Of a stretch of 64,000 bases of DNA, positions 1 to 13,019 are shown piece after piece. Positions within the stretch are counted from its first letter, which is position 1; each line of letters starts with the position of its first letter. The stretch is from the human T2T-CHM13v2.0 reference genome, Homo sapiens, in assembly GCA_009914755.4 (NCBI GenBank), contig CP086569.2, positions 18,304,001-18,368,000 on the forward strand, written 5' to 3'. Position numbers and translations under genes: made by a program. The notes below the pieces were generated by a model. That model did no database searches. It was not told where the DNA came from and worked only from the letters and a program-made list of their open reading frames with translations.

Positions 1-193
1 GTACAATTTTGTAGGACCAATCCTATTTTTAAAATGCCTTGTTTCATCAATTCTATATATTTCCTAAAAGCCACAAGGCTATAACATCCTTCAGTTTTAT
101 CTGACAATGTTTCCACAAAAATTTTTACACATATTCAGAAATATTTCATAAATTTTGTTATTGACTGAAGGTTTCTGTTTCTTCAAAACATAT

Positions 194-690
<497 letters not shown>

Positions 691-695
691 CCCAC

Positions 696-860
696 GTTTC
701 TTTTTTTTTTTTTCAGTTATACTTTAAGTTCTGGAATACATGTGCAGAATGTGCAGGTTTGTTACATAGGTATTTATACACCTGCCATGGTGGTTTGCTG
801 CACCCATTAACCTGTCATCTACATTAGGTATCTCTCCTAATGCTATCCCTCCCCTAGCGC
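696..860 (-). mobile_element. L1 3'UTR terminal fragment (about 145 bp) with its own A-tail (poly-T 696-716), inserted inside the Alu
   Basis: ttatactttaagttctggaatacatgtgcagaatgtgcaggtttgttacataggtat...ggtggtttgctgcacccattaacctgtcatctacattaggtatctctcctaatgctatccctcccctagc equals the reverse complement of the L1PA 3'UTR end. Followed by 40 unassigned bp and T25 (905-929). Confidence 0.6.
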
Positions 861-929
861 TGGCTTCAGAAATGGCACTACACATCTACAACTAACTGAT
901 CTCTTTTTTTTTTTTTTTTTTTTTTTTTT

Positions 930-1043
930 GTATTTTTAGTAGAGATGAAGTTTTACTATGTTTGCCCTGCTGGCCTCAAGTGATCTACCCACTTTGGTCT
1001 CCCACAGTGCTGGGATTATAGGCATGAGTCACCAAGCCCAGCC
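930..1043 (-). mobile_element. Alu, left (5') arm, part B of the split Alu
   Basis: gtatttttagtagagatgaagttttactatgtttgccctgctggcctcaagtgatctacccactttggtctcccacagtgctgggattataggcatgagtcaccaagcccagcc. Flanking 15-bp target-site duplication (TSD) taagctg(c/t)caag(t/c)ct at 475-489 and 1044-1058. Confidence 0.8.
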
Positions 1044-2567
1044 TAAGCTGTCAAGCCTGTGGTATACTACTGCAGCAGCCAGAACTGACTAAGACATATA
1101 TTATTAGGATTTACATATATTTCCCACAGAACACAGTTGAAATACACACCCATTGTGTTTAATATTTAACAAGTTATTACTGAACTTCACTTTTTTTTTC
1201 TTGTCTATGAATGTATTGTTGAATTTCCTTATGGGAATCTTTTTATAAAATGCTATGTCACTTCAGCCCTGTGAAGTCTGTGTGTATACTACAGGATGAT
1301 TGCTGAAGACTTTGTTTTCCCCCATTTTTACTTGAGTTAGGATCTTGGTTGTGGTTAAGTATGTCAGAAAGCTACATCAGAGTGAGATCTGAGTGATGAC
1401 AGCTGTCACTGGGCAGGGGTTCTGTGACTTGAGTTTCTTAGTAGGGGTTTTTATGGGAACAGTTCTGCATTTAGCTTGGTATTTCTCCTGCATGGGTCAC
1501 TTCTGGTTTTGAAACATCCATATTAATTTTTAAAGTTCTTACAAATTTGATTAACTAACAACCACAAGTAAATTCATTTCTGCTTAACCTACTTGGAAGA
1601 CCTGCTATTTTAAAGGCTAATTCATGGAAATATGAGTTTAATCATCCTAGATTTAATTAATGGTTCAGTTAGTGCTTTTATAGGGGAGCGCTAGGATTCC
1701 TACTATAAGGCTAATCTTTTCTAAGCTCGTCATTCTTTTGCAGTTACAATTTCATCTCTCTTGTATCATATCTATTTTTTGCATTATTCATAAACTGGCA
1801 CTTGAATTTTAAGAGATACGTTGTTAAGCAAAATTTTAAAATGTTACAGTTAGTCCATAATTAGTCCAAAGAAATATATATTCATCTCAAGGACATTAAG
1901 TCAAGCCAATATGTTGCAAAACCTATTTTGTGTGTATTCCCTGACTTTAAAATTAGGTTTTCAAAAAGATTACTCCCAAGGATTTGAGATCAAACCTCAA
2001 CCCTCAACCCTCATATTATACTGACATTTTAAGAGCAATCATTTGCAATATATATAGGTATGTCCACATTAAATGCCCATGTATATTTTTGGGTAGTTTT
2101 CATTATATATTTTTCATTATTGTTCTGAGTTAAGAATCTCTAAGTTATTACTAAAAATTCCCTGAGATGATACTTCCTGATCATTTATGACTCTACATGT
2201 TTCTCCAAAAATAACAATTGTGTATTTTAGCATGTGGTTACAAGCTCCAAATAAAAGCCTGTAGGTTTACAAGACTTGGGATTTATCTCTACTTTCTGTG
2301 ATAGGTGTCAAATGAATGCCGTCTTATTGGATTTGTTTTTCCAGCAGCCGATATTTCTCATCCACAAGAAGCTCCAGTTCAATTCAAAATTTTGTATTAA
2401 TAACCCGAATATCTACCAAGTCAAGAAAATTTTTTTAGAAAAGCAAAGAATTTATGAACTTACCACATTAAAATAATAACTTTTAATGTCTGGAGGCATT
2501 GCTTTCATGTCTAATTTTTTTTTCTTTGAGCAGAGATAAATGACTTACATATTCGGTATCATATATT

Positions 2568-2623
2568 ATATGCTACCTTATTTGCTACCTTATTTGCTAA
2601 CTTATATGCTACCTTATTTGTCT
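2568..2623. repeat. 13-bp tandem repeat (tgctaccttattt) x about 4
   Basis: tgctaccttatttgctaccttatttgctaacttatatgctaccttattt read directly. Confidence 0.7.
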
Positions 2624-2639
2624 TCTGTTGATTTAACAT

Positions 2640-3400
2640 TATATATCACTCTCTTTCCCTTTGTGTGTGTGTGTATATATGTAATATATAACATATATTA
2701 TATATTACTCCTATATTTATATTGTATAAATATATGAATATGTAATATTTGTTATAAGTATAATATAGATAACATGCAATTTATCATTGTAACCATTTTA
2801 AATTATACAATTCAGTGGCACACAGTACATTCACAATATTGTGCAACCAACCAACACCCCTATCTAATCCCAGAACATTTTCAAAACATATGTATTTATT
2901 TTGTAAATATGTATTTATTTTGTAAATATGTATTTATTTTGTAAATATGTATTTAAACATATATTCATATATATTGATATATTTATATATAAATATCTAC
3001 ATATTTATATATAAATATGTAAAAATGTATTTATATATTATATATAAATATATAAAATGTATGTATTTATATATAATATATAAATATATAAATATATAAA
3101 ATGTACATATTTATATATACTTATTTCTAAAATATATATTTATATATTTAATATATGTATTTATTCCTAAAATATATATTTATATATTTTTAATATATTT
3201 ATTTATTCCTAAAATATATATTTATATACTTACATTTATTGATTTGTAAAATATATTATATATTTATCTAATATATTTATTTGTAAAATATATGTATTTA
3301 TACTTATCTTTTATGTATATATACTTATCTTTTAAATATATAATTATTTTAAAATTATATACATATGAATTTATTTTTAAATATATGTTTTATGCCATGA
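2640..3400. repeat. AT-rich low-complexity / minisatellite block (short (TG)n, TA-rich, 19-bp unit atgtatttattttgtaaat x3.5 at 2890-2958, many tatatatttatata variants)
   Basis: Direct reading; ORF 2540-2737 is translation of this repeat. Confidence 0.8.
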
Positions 3401-3770
3401 AGTATCAAAAGTGTATATAAGTATAGGTTTTTAAAAACCTGCAACAAGCATTTCAATAGCAATTCTCATTCAACTCAGGAAAAAGAGAAATAAAACTAGG
3501 CAGTGATTTTTATCAAAAGTGTGAGGTGAAGGAGGCCTTAGATTCAACAATGAGATAAGAAATGTAAGCAACATTTTGGAAGTTGATGTATGGGGTGAGA
3601 ATTGCCCTATTAGAATATGGCACGTTATATCTTGTTTTTAGGTCTCTATGCTCACTGATCAACAAAATGCCTGTCTTTTTAAGTAACTTTTGCAACCCTA
3701 GGATAAGCACAGTTAGTAAGCTTTAGCTACACCCTTTGTGGAGAATTTCGGACAGTTAGCAATGTGATCT

Positions 3771-3801
3771 TTCTTTCTTTCTTTTTTTTTTTTTTTTTTT
3801 T
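3771..3801. repeat. (CTTT)n followed by T19 homopolymer
   Basis: ctttctttctttc + ttttttttttttttttttt. Confidence 0.8.
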
Positions 3802-4039
3802 GCATAATTCAGTAGGTGCATTTGCATTGGTGTTTGCTTTGGATTCCCTAGAAGCACGTTCAGAACAGAGGTTCATAGGAAATTTGTTAGAGAGTGTTCC
3901 TGGGAAAAACACACAGTAAAATAGGAACATTTCTGAGGTCATATGGTAAATCTGTGTTTATCCTGTTGTGGGATCTTCAAATTGTCCTCCACAAAACCTG
4001 TACCCATGTTACTTTCCATTCTCATCAGTGATGAACAAG

Positions 4040-4195
4040 GTTTCACTGACGTGGAATAACCTTGAAAACATCATGCTTAGTGAAAGAAGAAAGACACAAA
4101 GGCCCCGTATCACATTACTCTACTATATGAAATTTCCAAAATAAGGACTTTCTCAGAGACAGAGAAAGACCATGGAGGAGAACATAGAGTGTCAC
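4040..4195 (+). mobile_element. Ancient L1 (L1M/L1P-type) ORF2-end/3'UTR fragment
   Basis: ggaataaccttgaaaacatcatgcttagtgaaagaag...ctactatatgaaatttccaaaataagg...cagagacagagaaag resembles the conserved ...gacattatgctaagtgaaataagccag...cacttatatgaggtacctagagtagtcaaattcatagagacagaaagtagaatgg segment of old L1 3' ends. Confidence 0.35.
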
Positions 4196-4854
4196 TTTGC
4201 CATACACTCCACTGCATTTTTTTTTTTTTTTTTTTTGACCAAGAGCTGCTTTGAGATTTATGCTGTTTGGATCTGGGTCAATCTTTGGCTTATCAATAAA
4301 TTTTAGTCTCTGTTAGCCTTACCGTCTTTAAGAAAATAAGTTATTCTGTGTTCATATCTGTATTTATTCCGTTTTGAATAATTTTATATAAAAGATACAA
4401 GGATTATTTTAATGTTACTGCACTGAAAACTGAGTGCAAGATTACTTAGCAGAACTTTTACAAGTTTCTGTTGACCTTGTTGACTGACCATGACAACTAC
4501 ATATTATGTAATAAATTAATTTATCATAAAAACATATATGTGATATATGTAATATGGATATATATATAGCATCACAAACAGAATTTGAAAACAAATGTAT
4601 GCCACTTTTCAGCTTCAAAAACAGGGCTGGAAGCTCGGGGACTTCCCATATCCCAGGATGGGAACTCCCCCAGTTCTGCCCCTTGGCAATTGAATGGTCC
4701 AGGGCAGCTGGCCTTTGTGAAAATTGGGAATATAAATTAGTGCACTTTTAACTATTGGCTGTGAGTGAAGTGCTGCAGGGAATCCCAGTTGGTAAAATGG
4801 ACACTGAGGGAATTTCCTGCCCGGATGGTGTTTGCTGACTGCTTATAAGTTAAT

Positions 4855-5624
4855 GTGTCAAGACAGGACCTGTTGCTACAACAGAAATGTAAACTGGAAA
4901 AGGAAAATGCCAATATGATTTCCAGTCTGGCCCTGGCCCAATGCCAGGCCTATATATTAACTGATCAGGCTCAAAGCTATCAGCCTATTGCTGAAAAATG
5001 CAGCTGTCCAAGTGGACTGGTCAGGGTAAAACTGAAGGCCTAGTTATCCAGGGCTTGAAGCAGGTAAAAACCTAGCTCCTATTTCAAGGATTGGAATCAG
5101 CCATAATAAAATTCAAGGACCTGCTAAAATACTATAATTTGAAACTGCTACCAACAAAAAGGAGGCCCAGAAATTTGTTGGCTGGTTTAGCTTCTGGAGA
5201 CATCATATTTTCCATTTGGGTGATATTTTACAGCCTCTGCACGCAGTTGTTAGAAAACACTATAACTTTCCCTGGAGAAAGAAAGAGACCAAAGCCTTTG
5301 AGCAAGCTGAACAAGCAATGTAATTAGCCCTAGGCATTTGGCCTATATGGGATGAGGCAATAGAATTGCAGGTAACCATCCTGGAGCAGCATACAAATTG
5401 GAGCCCTTGGCAAAAAACAAGATAGAGAAAGAGTGCCTTTGGGGTTTTGGACCCAGAAATTGCCAGAGGCTGGGAAAGATTATATTCCCTTGGAAAAGCA
5501 GCTGTTGGCCTACTACTGGGCTTTACAGGAAAGAAAACACCTTTGTTTTATTCATGATGTTTTTATGAGACCCGACATTCCTATTACAATGCAGATCATA
5601 AGCTCCCCAAAACTCATCAGATAG
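4855..5624 (+). pseudogene. ERV pol reverse-transcriptase remnant (frameshifted)
   Basis: ORFs 5091-5327 and 5433-5624 with LxxYYWAL / E.nYs..EkElLA-type RT-RNaseH connection motif. Confidence 0.45.
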
Positions 5625-5839
5625 GGCACACTCAAGGAAGTAGCATCATAAAATGGAAATGGTATATACAAAATAGGGCTAAGCCAAGACCAAAGAGGGT
5701 ATCATTTTTTACATGAGGATGTGCAAAACTTGCCAACTCAGGAACACTGAGCAAGTTCTGCAGATGGGGAAGGAAATTTTCTGCATGCAATGGGGCAAAT
5801 CCTTTGAAGAACTAAGCCCAGAGGATCAGAAATATTCTT

Positions 5840-6200
5840 GGTTCACTGATGGATCTGCCAAATACATTGGTGGGACCCGATGCTAGAAGGCCAGGGCTTA
5901 TAATCCTGTTAAAAAACATAAGCATTTCTGATGAAGGAAAGGGTGGGAGCAGCCAGATAGCTGAACTAGTAGCCAACTTCTGGGCTATTCAGGAGGAGGT
6001 CAGAGGAATCTGTCACTTGTGTATCAACTCTTGGTCAGTAGTAAATAGTCTTACTACCTGGATGCCCCAGTGGCAAAGAAAGAAATGGTTTACTGGGAAT
6101 AAAGAGGTTTGGGAATAAACAATACTGGGAAGATATCTGGATCCTTGTGCACACTATCATTATCACTGTTTTCCATGTTGATGCTCATGCATCTCTGCTT
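5840..6200 (+). pseudogene. ERV RNase H remnant
   Basis: ttcactgatggatctgcc = FTDGSA; GSSQIAELVA; ...SVFHVDAHAS C-terminal motif at about 6170-6200. Confidence 0.6.
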
Positions 6201-6885
6201 TTTGTTGATAGTCTATTAATCAGCAAGCAGATCAATGGCCAAAATTTCCACATAACTGAAAACAAATGCAGATGAATGGATTAAAACATGTTCAAGCCGT
6301 GCAATGAGAGGCATTATAGTCTATGGTAGTATATTGATAGTGATTACTGGGGAGAGTTAAAAATCATTTCATAAAATACCAACCCAGATTCTTTTGCCAT
6401 AAAGCCACAGATGCAGATTGCCCAGCTACTGATAGTACCCTGTCAACAATTAAGCCCCAAGGAAATTTCTGCCCTGATTAAAAACAGTATATAGAACTGG
6501 AGAATTCCGTTCCACTGGAGTGGGCAACTTAAGACTTGGAGCCAAACTATGGGTAAAACATCTATCAGATCCTGCCCCTAGGGTGGGCAATCATATAGCT
6601 ATGGGGAAGAAAATGAAGGGGTGGTACAATTTTCTAAAGAAAAAAAAAGTTCTCCTCTGTTTTTGTTATTACAGAGAATAACCTGTCTGCTAGTAATCAG
6701 TACCTAGATTGTCATGTCTGAGGCCAAAAATGAATTCAATAAATAGGTGGCCACTGCCACAAAAGAGGCCAACTGCACTCAATTCTCGCTATGTGTTGAG
6801 TTGCTTGCATGTAGAAAACTCTCTTAACAATAGTAGCACTGGACTTATGTTTCTATCAGATGAATTTGCTCAGCTGCATGTTGTT

Positions 6886-6990
6886 GTGTTGCAAAATCAA
6901 CATTAAACATGCTTACGAAAGCCCAAGGAGGGGTCTATGCCTTACTGCATACTGAGTGTTGTGTGCATATCTCTGACAATTCTCCCAAAA
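6886..6990 (+). pseudogene. ERV env TM immunosuppressive-domain remnant (frameshifted)
   Basis: VVLQNQ then ...LNMLTKAQGGVYALLHTECCVH aligns to gammaretroviral [28 protein letters not shown]; first Cys of CX6CC is Tyr here. Confidence 0.5.
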
Positions 6991-7689
6991 TTACTCTCCT
7001 TGCCTAAGACATGCAGAAACAGGTAAAACAGTTAGCATCTAACCATCAGGACTGCATTATAAATTGTCTGTCCAATTGGCATTGGTGTTGGCCATGGTGG
7101 GTGTGATTTTTATTAATTGTGCTTTTAATTCTCCTGTGCTTACCCTGTATCTGTAATCTATATCAACTATGCCTTCCCCATGTATCTATACACATTTTGT
7201 CTTAAAACTATGTGTCAAATTGAGGCCAAATGTGGAGGAAGAGTTAAATATTAAATTTGAACTCAATTGAACATGGACATAAACAATGGTCACCAAGTCC
7301 CAGAACAGGTTGCATGAGCCTCTTGAGGCATTCATCCAAGATTGTTGAGGAGAATTCTCTATTTCAATCTGTTCTTATACATTAGTCATTGAAAAAAAAC
7401 CAGACAATCTGTGGGTGCCAAGCCATCCAGGTGCCAAGGCAAGAGACTGAGGACATGAGCTGCTCCAGTATAATAAAATACAAAATAAGAATAGTTATAT
7501 CAGATATAGATCTTAGATATGATTATATATGAATATCATTAATCATTAGCTTGTAGCAATTACTCTTTATTCCAATATTACAATAATCCTTGCTCTATAA
7601 TCATAACCTAGGAAAAATCAGGCCATATAGAGATAGAAGCTGAGGAGATATAGTGAGAAGTGACCAGAGGACAAGAATGCAAGCCTTCT

Positions 7690-8416
7690 GTTATGCCCAG
7701 ACAGGGCCACCAGAGGGCTCCTTGGTCTAGCGGTAATGCCAGCCTCTGGGAAGACGCCATTGCCAAGTGGACCATGGTCTAGCGGTAGCCTTAGTGTCAA
7801 GGAAAAATACCTGCTACTTAGCATACCGGGAAAAGGAGTCTCCCTTTCACCCTGGGGAGTTTAGAGAAGACTCTACTCCTCTACCTCTTGTGGAAGGTCT
7901 GACATTAGTCAGGACCACCCGCAGTTATTTGGAGGCCTAACCATCTCTCTGTGATGCTGTGCTTCAATGGTCAAGCTCCTAGTCCACCTTCATGTTCCAT
8001 CTTGTACACCTGGCTCTGCCATTTAGTTAGCCGTAGCAAATTAATGAAAGTACTAAAAGTCTCTGATAAGCAGAAATAATAACTTAAGCTGTTTCTCTCT
8101 TTCTCCTTTGTCTCTCTGCCTTGGCTGCCAGGCAGGGAAGGGCCCCCTGTCTAGTGGACAAGTGATCCATGTGGCCTTACCTATCATTGGAGATGGCTCA
8201 CACTCCTTATCCTGCCCCTTTCTCTTGTATCCAATAAATATCAGCGCAGCCTGGCATTCGGGGCCACTACTGGTCTCTGCGTCTTGGTTGTAGCGGTCCC
8301 CCAGGCCCAGCTGTCTTTTCTTTTATCTCTTTGTCTTGTGTCTTTATTTCTACAATCTCTTGTCTCCACACACTAGGAGAAAACCCCCCGACCCTGTGGG
8401 GCTGGACCCTACCACA
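7690..8416 (+). mobile_element. 3' LTR of the plus-strand ERV (LTR2/HERV-E-like family, tentative)
   Basis: tgttatgcccagacagggccaccagagggctccttggtctagcggtaatgccagcctctgggaag... with internal duplicate ccatggtctagcggtagcc. ccaataaatatcagcgcagcc polyA signal, R/U5 and terminal ...ctaccaca. Resembles my memory of HERV-E LTR2 (...ccttttggtctagtggtaaagtgggcatctgggaag...). Start position uncertain. Confidence 0.45.
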
Positions 8417-8544
8417 ATCACCAAAACAAGTTAACCATTTTGTGTTTCTTCAGCCCAGTCACAAAGGGCCCTAATGACTGGGCCTCATGCCAAACAAAGC
8501 ATTACAAAAAAGCTAGGGTCCCAGACCACACTAAACCTTGATTT

Positions 8545-8863
8545 TTTGTTTGTTTGTTTGTTTGTTTGTTTTTTGAGATGAAGCCTGGTTCTGTTGCCCA
8601 GGCTGGAGTTCAGTGGTACAATCTCAGCTCACTCTAACCTCCCCATCCTGGGTTTCAAGTGATTCTCCTGCCTCAGCCTCCCAAATAACTGGGATTACAG
8701 GAGTACATCACCAGGCCCCCCTAATTTTTTTGTATTTTATTTCTAGTAAAGATGAGGTTTTACCACGTTGGTTGGGCTGGTCTTGAAATCCTGACCTCAA
8801 GAGCTCTGTCCACCTCAGCATCCCAAATTGCAGGGATCACAGGCATGAGACACCATGCTCAGC
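8545..8863 (-). mobile_element. Alu (older AluJ/S-like), full length, with (TTTG)n-modified tail
   Basis: tttgtttgtttg...ttttgagatgaagcctggttctgttgcccaggctggagttcagtgg...ggattacagg...tttctagtaaagatgaggttttaccacgttgg...gcatgagacaccatgctcagc. Confidence 0.9.
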
Positions 8864-8883
8864 TCTATGACTGATTTTCTTAT

Positions 8884-9037
8884 TTTTTATTGCCCTGTAT
8901 GCCTACAACTATGTAAAAAAAAAAAAAAAACTACTTAAGAAGCTCAAGCCCGGTAAGATAAATTCCTGATTAGCTAACTCAGAACTCACAGTTGGGATTT
9001 GGTTTGCGTCTTGGTTTTTACTTTTTTATTTGAACAG
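8884..9037. repeat. 155-bp segment duplicated at 10194-10352 (about 80% identity), spans an internal A14-16 tract
   Basis: ttattgccctgtatgcctacaactatgtaaaaaaaaaaaaaaaactacttaagaagctca...cctgattagctaactcagaactcacag...gtcttggtttttacttttttatttgaacag vs cattgccctgtatacctacaactatgccaaaaaaaaaaaaaattaagatgctcaca...cctgatttgcttactcagaatacgcac...gtcttggtttttatttttttatgtgaacag. Confidence 0.5.
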
Positions 9038-9255
9038 AAAGCAAATTGGAGGTTGCCAGAGACTAGAAAGAAGGACTGTGAGTTGGCTGCTAATGAATAC
9101 AAGGTCTTCTTTTTGGGTGATAAAAGTGTTCTGGGACTAGATAGAAGTGGTGTTTGCACAATTTTGTGATTACCCTTAATGCCACTGAACTATATACTTT
9201 AAAATGATTAAAATGGTAAATTTTATGTTATATGTGTTTTACTGCAATGAAAGAT
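9038..9255 (+). mobile_element. Ancient L1 (L1MA/L1PB-type) 3'UTR end
   Basis: ggaggttgccagagactag...gcacaattttgtgattacccttaatgccactgaactatatactttaaaatgattaaaatggtaaattttatgttatatgtgttttactgcaat matches the conserved L1 3' end ...ggttgccaggggctgg...cttaatgccactgaactgtacacttaaaaatggttaagatggtaaattttatgttatgtgtattttaccacaat. Confidence 0.6.
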
Positions 9256-9480
9256 AAACTTTATCTTTCATTGCAATAAAAGATATATAAAAATACATAC
9301 TTATATAATAAATCAATATTTATATAGATATTTATATAAACATATTGAATATATTTAAAATAACATATTTACATTACATAAAATTTATATAAAATGTTTA
9401 TATATTTATAAATGTACATGTGCTATACATATTTGTGTGTACATATAAATATAAACATTAACATAAATATAAATGTAAAT
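9256..9480. repeat. AT-rich low-complexity sequence with 16-bp perfect palindrome (tgcaatgaaagataaa c tttatctttcattgca) at 9241-9275
   Basis: Direct reading. Confidence 0.7.
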
Positions 9481-11113
9481 TAATTATAACAGCATTTCCA
9501 GCCTACCACAAGTGTGGCCACAAAAACTTCCCAGCATGTTTGAACTCTTTGTGGCTGCTACAGTCTACAGTAAACTACTGCAATGCTACAGAGTTAACCA
9601 AAATGTATTTTCACACTGCTGGAGGATAGAAGTCTAAAATTAGAGTTTGCAGGACACTGCTCCCTCTGAAGGCTCTGGGGAGGATCATTACTGCCTCTTT
9701 AAAATTTTGTGGTCTGCAGGCACCTCTTGGTTTGTGGCTTCATCATTCCAGTCTTCAAGGCCAACATCTTCAACTCTCTCTCCTCCATTTTGACATTGCA
9801 TTCTCTTGTCCATGTATGTCCAAACCTCTCTTTATCTCCCTTCCTTAAGGATTCTTGTGATTACTTTGGGCACAGCTGGATAATCCAGAGTCATCTCCCA
9901 TCTCAATATCCTTTCTACATCTTATCTGCAAAGTGTCTTTCCCCATGCAGTCACATATCCCTAGCTTCTGGGGATTTGGATTGGATGACATCTTTGAAGA
10001 TGACTTTATTTAGCCTAACTACACCCAGGTTGAAGGCTCTCTCTTGCTGAACCAACTAATAAACCCAACTTTTTCAACTACATGTGTCTTCTTGGTGGTC
10101 TTTGGCTAGAGGACATTGAAACATTAAGTTTGAAAATAAAAACAGAGACTGCCCTCTGAGTAAATCTCAGAGGTCGACTGATCAGGAAATAACCTTTTAT
10201 TGTTCATTGCCCTGTATACCTACAACTATGCCAAAAAAAAAAAAAATTAAGATGCTCACAGCATTGTGAGATCAATTCCTGATTTGCTTACTCAGAATAC
10301 GCACACTACCATTATGACTTTTGTCTTGGTTTTTATTTTTTTATGTGAACAGTGATTCTGATGTGGCTGCTTTTCAGTGATGTGCATTGAGGTGCTTTAC
10401 TCTCTACCACAGATAAAAATTAATGTAAATGATTTCAATCCACTCCACTGTAGTTCACTGGACCAAGCTTATTAATTCAACTGTGAATAGCTGGAAATGT
10501 GGAACTTGCATTTTAGATTTTTCCAAAGTCTCATTTTTAATACTCACACATTTTAGGGTGTTCAAGAGAAAATAAATGATTGCCTTAAAGGGATAATTTA
10601 TCATGACTCTGCATGTGAAAGGAATTGCATTGAATTTTTCCCCCAATAGTAGAAATAGCCCAATTCCTATGGCAAAATAGTAATAATCTATTTATAGCCA
10701 GAGTTAGGTAAGAAAAGTGCAGTCCTTTTTAGTTTCCCTAGGTAAGCATTGATCAAATTGCATTTTTCATTAATGAGAGTATCTATGAAATCAGTAGAGA
10801 TTAAGTGTATGAATAATTGTCAAATAGTTGCACAGAAAGCAAAAGAACTTTCAATAAATTTGTTTCACTTTTTCCCCCAGGTATTTTCCTCTCCCCTTAT
10901 TCTTTCCGTCCTCTGCTAATTTATTTATGAAGCAATTTATTGAACTTCTATTAAGTGAAAGGCCATGGGGAAATCAAAATATGTGAGGTAGATTCCTACC
11001 CTCAAAGAGCTGATCACAAAGAAGAGACAGACTCCTAAAAGAGGCAAAAAAACTAAAAAGGAGACATGATAATAATAAATTAATGAATAGGGTGGCAGTT
11101 TTCATCATAGTCA

Positions 11114-11505
<392 letters not shown>

Positions 11506-12565
11506 AATGAAAGAAAAAAGAAAACCTTGCAAGAAGACTAGCAATGTCAACTTATGGGTCTTATTCATAGAGTTATGCAACTTGGAGGCAAATGAGAACC
11601 AGTATCCTTTCACCTGCAAGCATCCTCAAAAATCAGAATATCCTTCAATATTTTCTCCTCCAATATTGGCTTATAAGTAGAAACATCTAAAATACAGTTA
11701 TGCATCATTTAACTGCATGGTTAAATTCTAAGAAATTTATCACGAGGCAATTTCATCATTGTGTGAACATTAAATGGTACACTTACACACACCTAGATGG
11801 TCTAGGTTATTGCACACTTGGGCTACACACCAGTACAGCAAATAACTGTATGGAACACTGTAGGCAACTTAATACAACAGTAGATATTTCCATACTTGAA
11901 TATATTTAAATAAAAACACAGTACATTAAAAATACTGTTATTATAATCTTCTGGGGCCCCCACTGTCTGTGGGGTCTACTTTGCTGTGATTTACACAACA
12001 ATATTATAGCGTGCAAAAATATTGTGAGAGGCTTGAGAAAACCTGATCATTGGTAAAAAGCTGAAACAGTAGGTTATTTGAAGGAGGTTGAACATATTTG
12101 GGGACCTATAAGATAATTTTAGGATTTTGCCATGAAGACTAATCACATAGGAAAAAAACAAAATTAAAACCTCATTGCAAGTATGCAAAATCTTAGAGAG
12201 AGATTCAAATTTTAACTTTTTTTAACTTTTAAAACTTTTTTTAAGTCTAATGTTAATCTGAAAAGAATGTTTTTCTGTTTGTGCCAGTACAAATCAATAG
12301 GACTGGATAAACTGGTTTTAAGTCTGTTATTCTTATAATACATTTATAGATTTAATCTAGGTAATATACTTTTTAGGGGACTTAACCACTTTGTGTTTAT
12401 ATATGGCCATTATAGTATGTTGCAAACATATATTCTGAGTAAGTACTTTGGGTTGTGTATACATAGATCTTCAGATTCTCTGATTTACTTGATAAAATAC
12501 TTCAGTGGGCATAGAACTTCACATGTCAATGTACAGATTTTTTATAAAAACAACCTTTTAATTAT

Positions 12566-12854
12566 ACTTTATTTTATTTTATTTTATTTATTTTTTTGAG
12601 AGGGAGTCTCGCACTGTCACCCAGGCTGGAGTGCAGTGGCAAAATCTCGGCTTACTGCAAGCTCTGCCTCCTGGGTTCACACCATTTTCCTGCCTCACCC
12701 TCCCAAGTAGTTGAGACTATGGGTGCCTGCCATCACTCTTTGACAATTTTTTTGTATTTTTAGTAGAGACGGGCATTCACTGTGTTAGCCAGGATGGTCT
12801 CAATCTCCTGACCTCATGATCCATCTGCCTCAGCCTCCCAAAGTGCTGGGATTG
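12566..12854 (-). mobile_element. Alu (5'-truncated), T-rich tail at 12566-12597
   Basis: ttttgagagggagtctcgcactgtcacccaggctggagtgcagtggcaaaatctcggcttactgcaagctctgcctcctgggttcacacc...cccaaagtgctgggattgc. Confidence 0.85.
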
Positions 12855-13019
12855 CATATACCTTATTTTTTTAATCTGCCTGCAAATGTATTTAAAATGA
12901 TATAACTTTATATATAAAAAACATACAGCATCAAGAAGGATAAGCAAATTCTCCACAATCTCAAAATCCACAGGAGATAGAATTGTCAGAAGTATTTGAA
13001 CCAGAGCAACTCCATCTTG

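Larger units (their letters stand above)
4540..7689 (+). mobile_element. Class I (gamma-like) ERV internal region, 5'-truncated, pol (RT, RNase H) and env-TM remnants with deletions
   Basis: Frames contain LEKQLLAYYWALQERKHL (RT connection-like), WFTDGSA...GSSQIAELVANFWAIQ...VFHVDAHAS (RNase H motifs) and VVLQNQ...AQGGVYALLHTECCVHISDNS (env TM immunosuppressive/CX6CC-like region). Contiguous with the LTR at 7690-8416. Confidence 0.6.

Noticed and set aside
2560-3400. CRISPR-like array (regularly spaced short repeats)
   Set aside because: Units are contiguous tandem repeats without unique spacers, the sequence context is primate retroelement-rich DNA, and no cas-like ORFs exist. Same conclusion for the 15.8 kb and 62.7-63.6 kb arrays.
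9709-10050. 113-aa plus-strand ORF
   Set aside because: Ser/Leu/Pro-rich low-complexity translation with no homology; partially overlaps the duplicated 155-bp repeat region. No support for coding.
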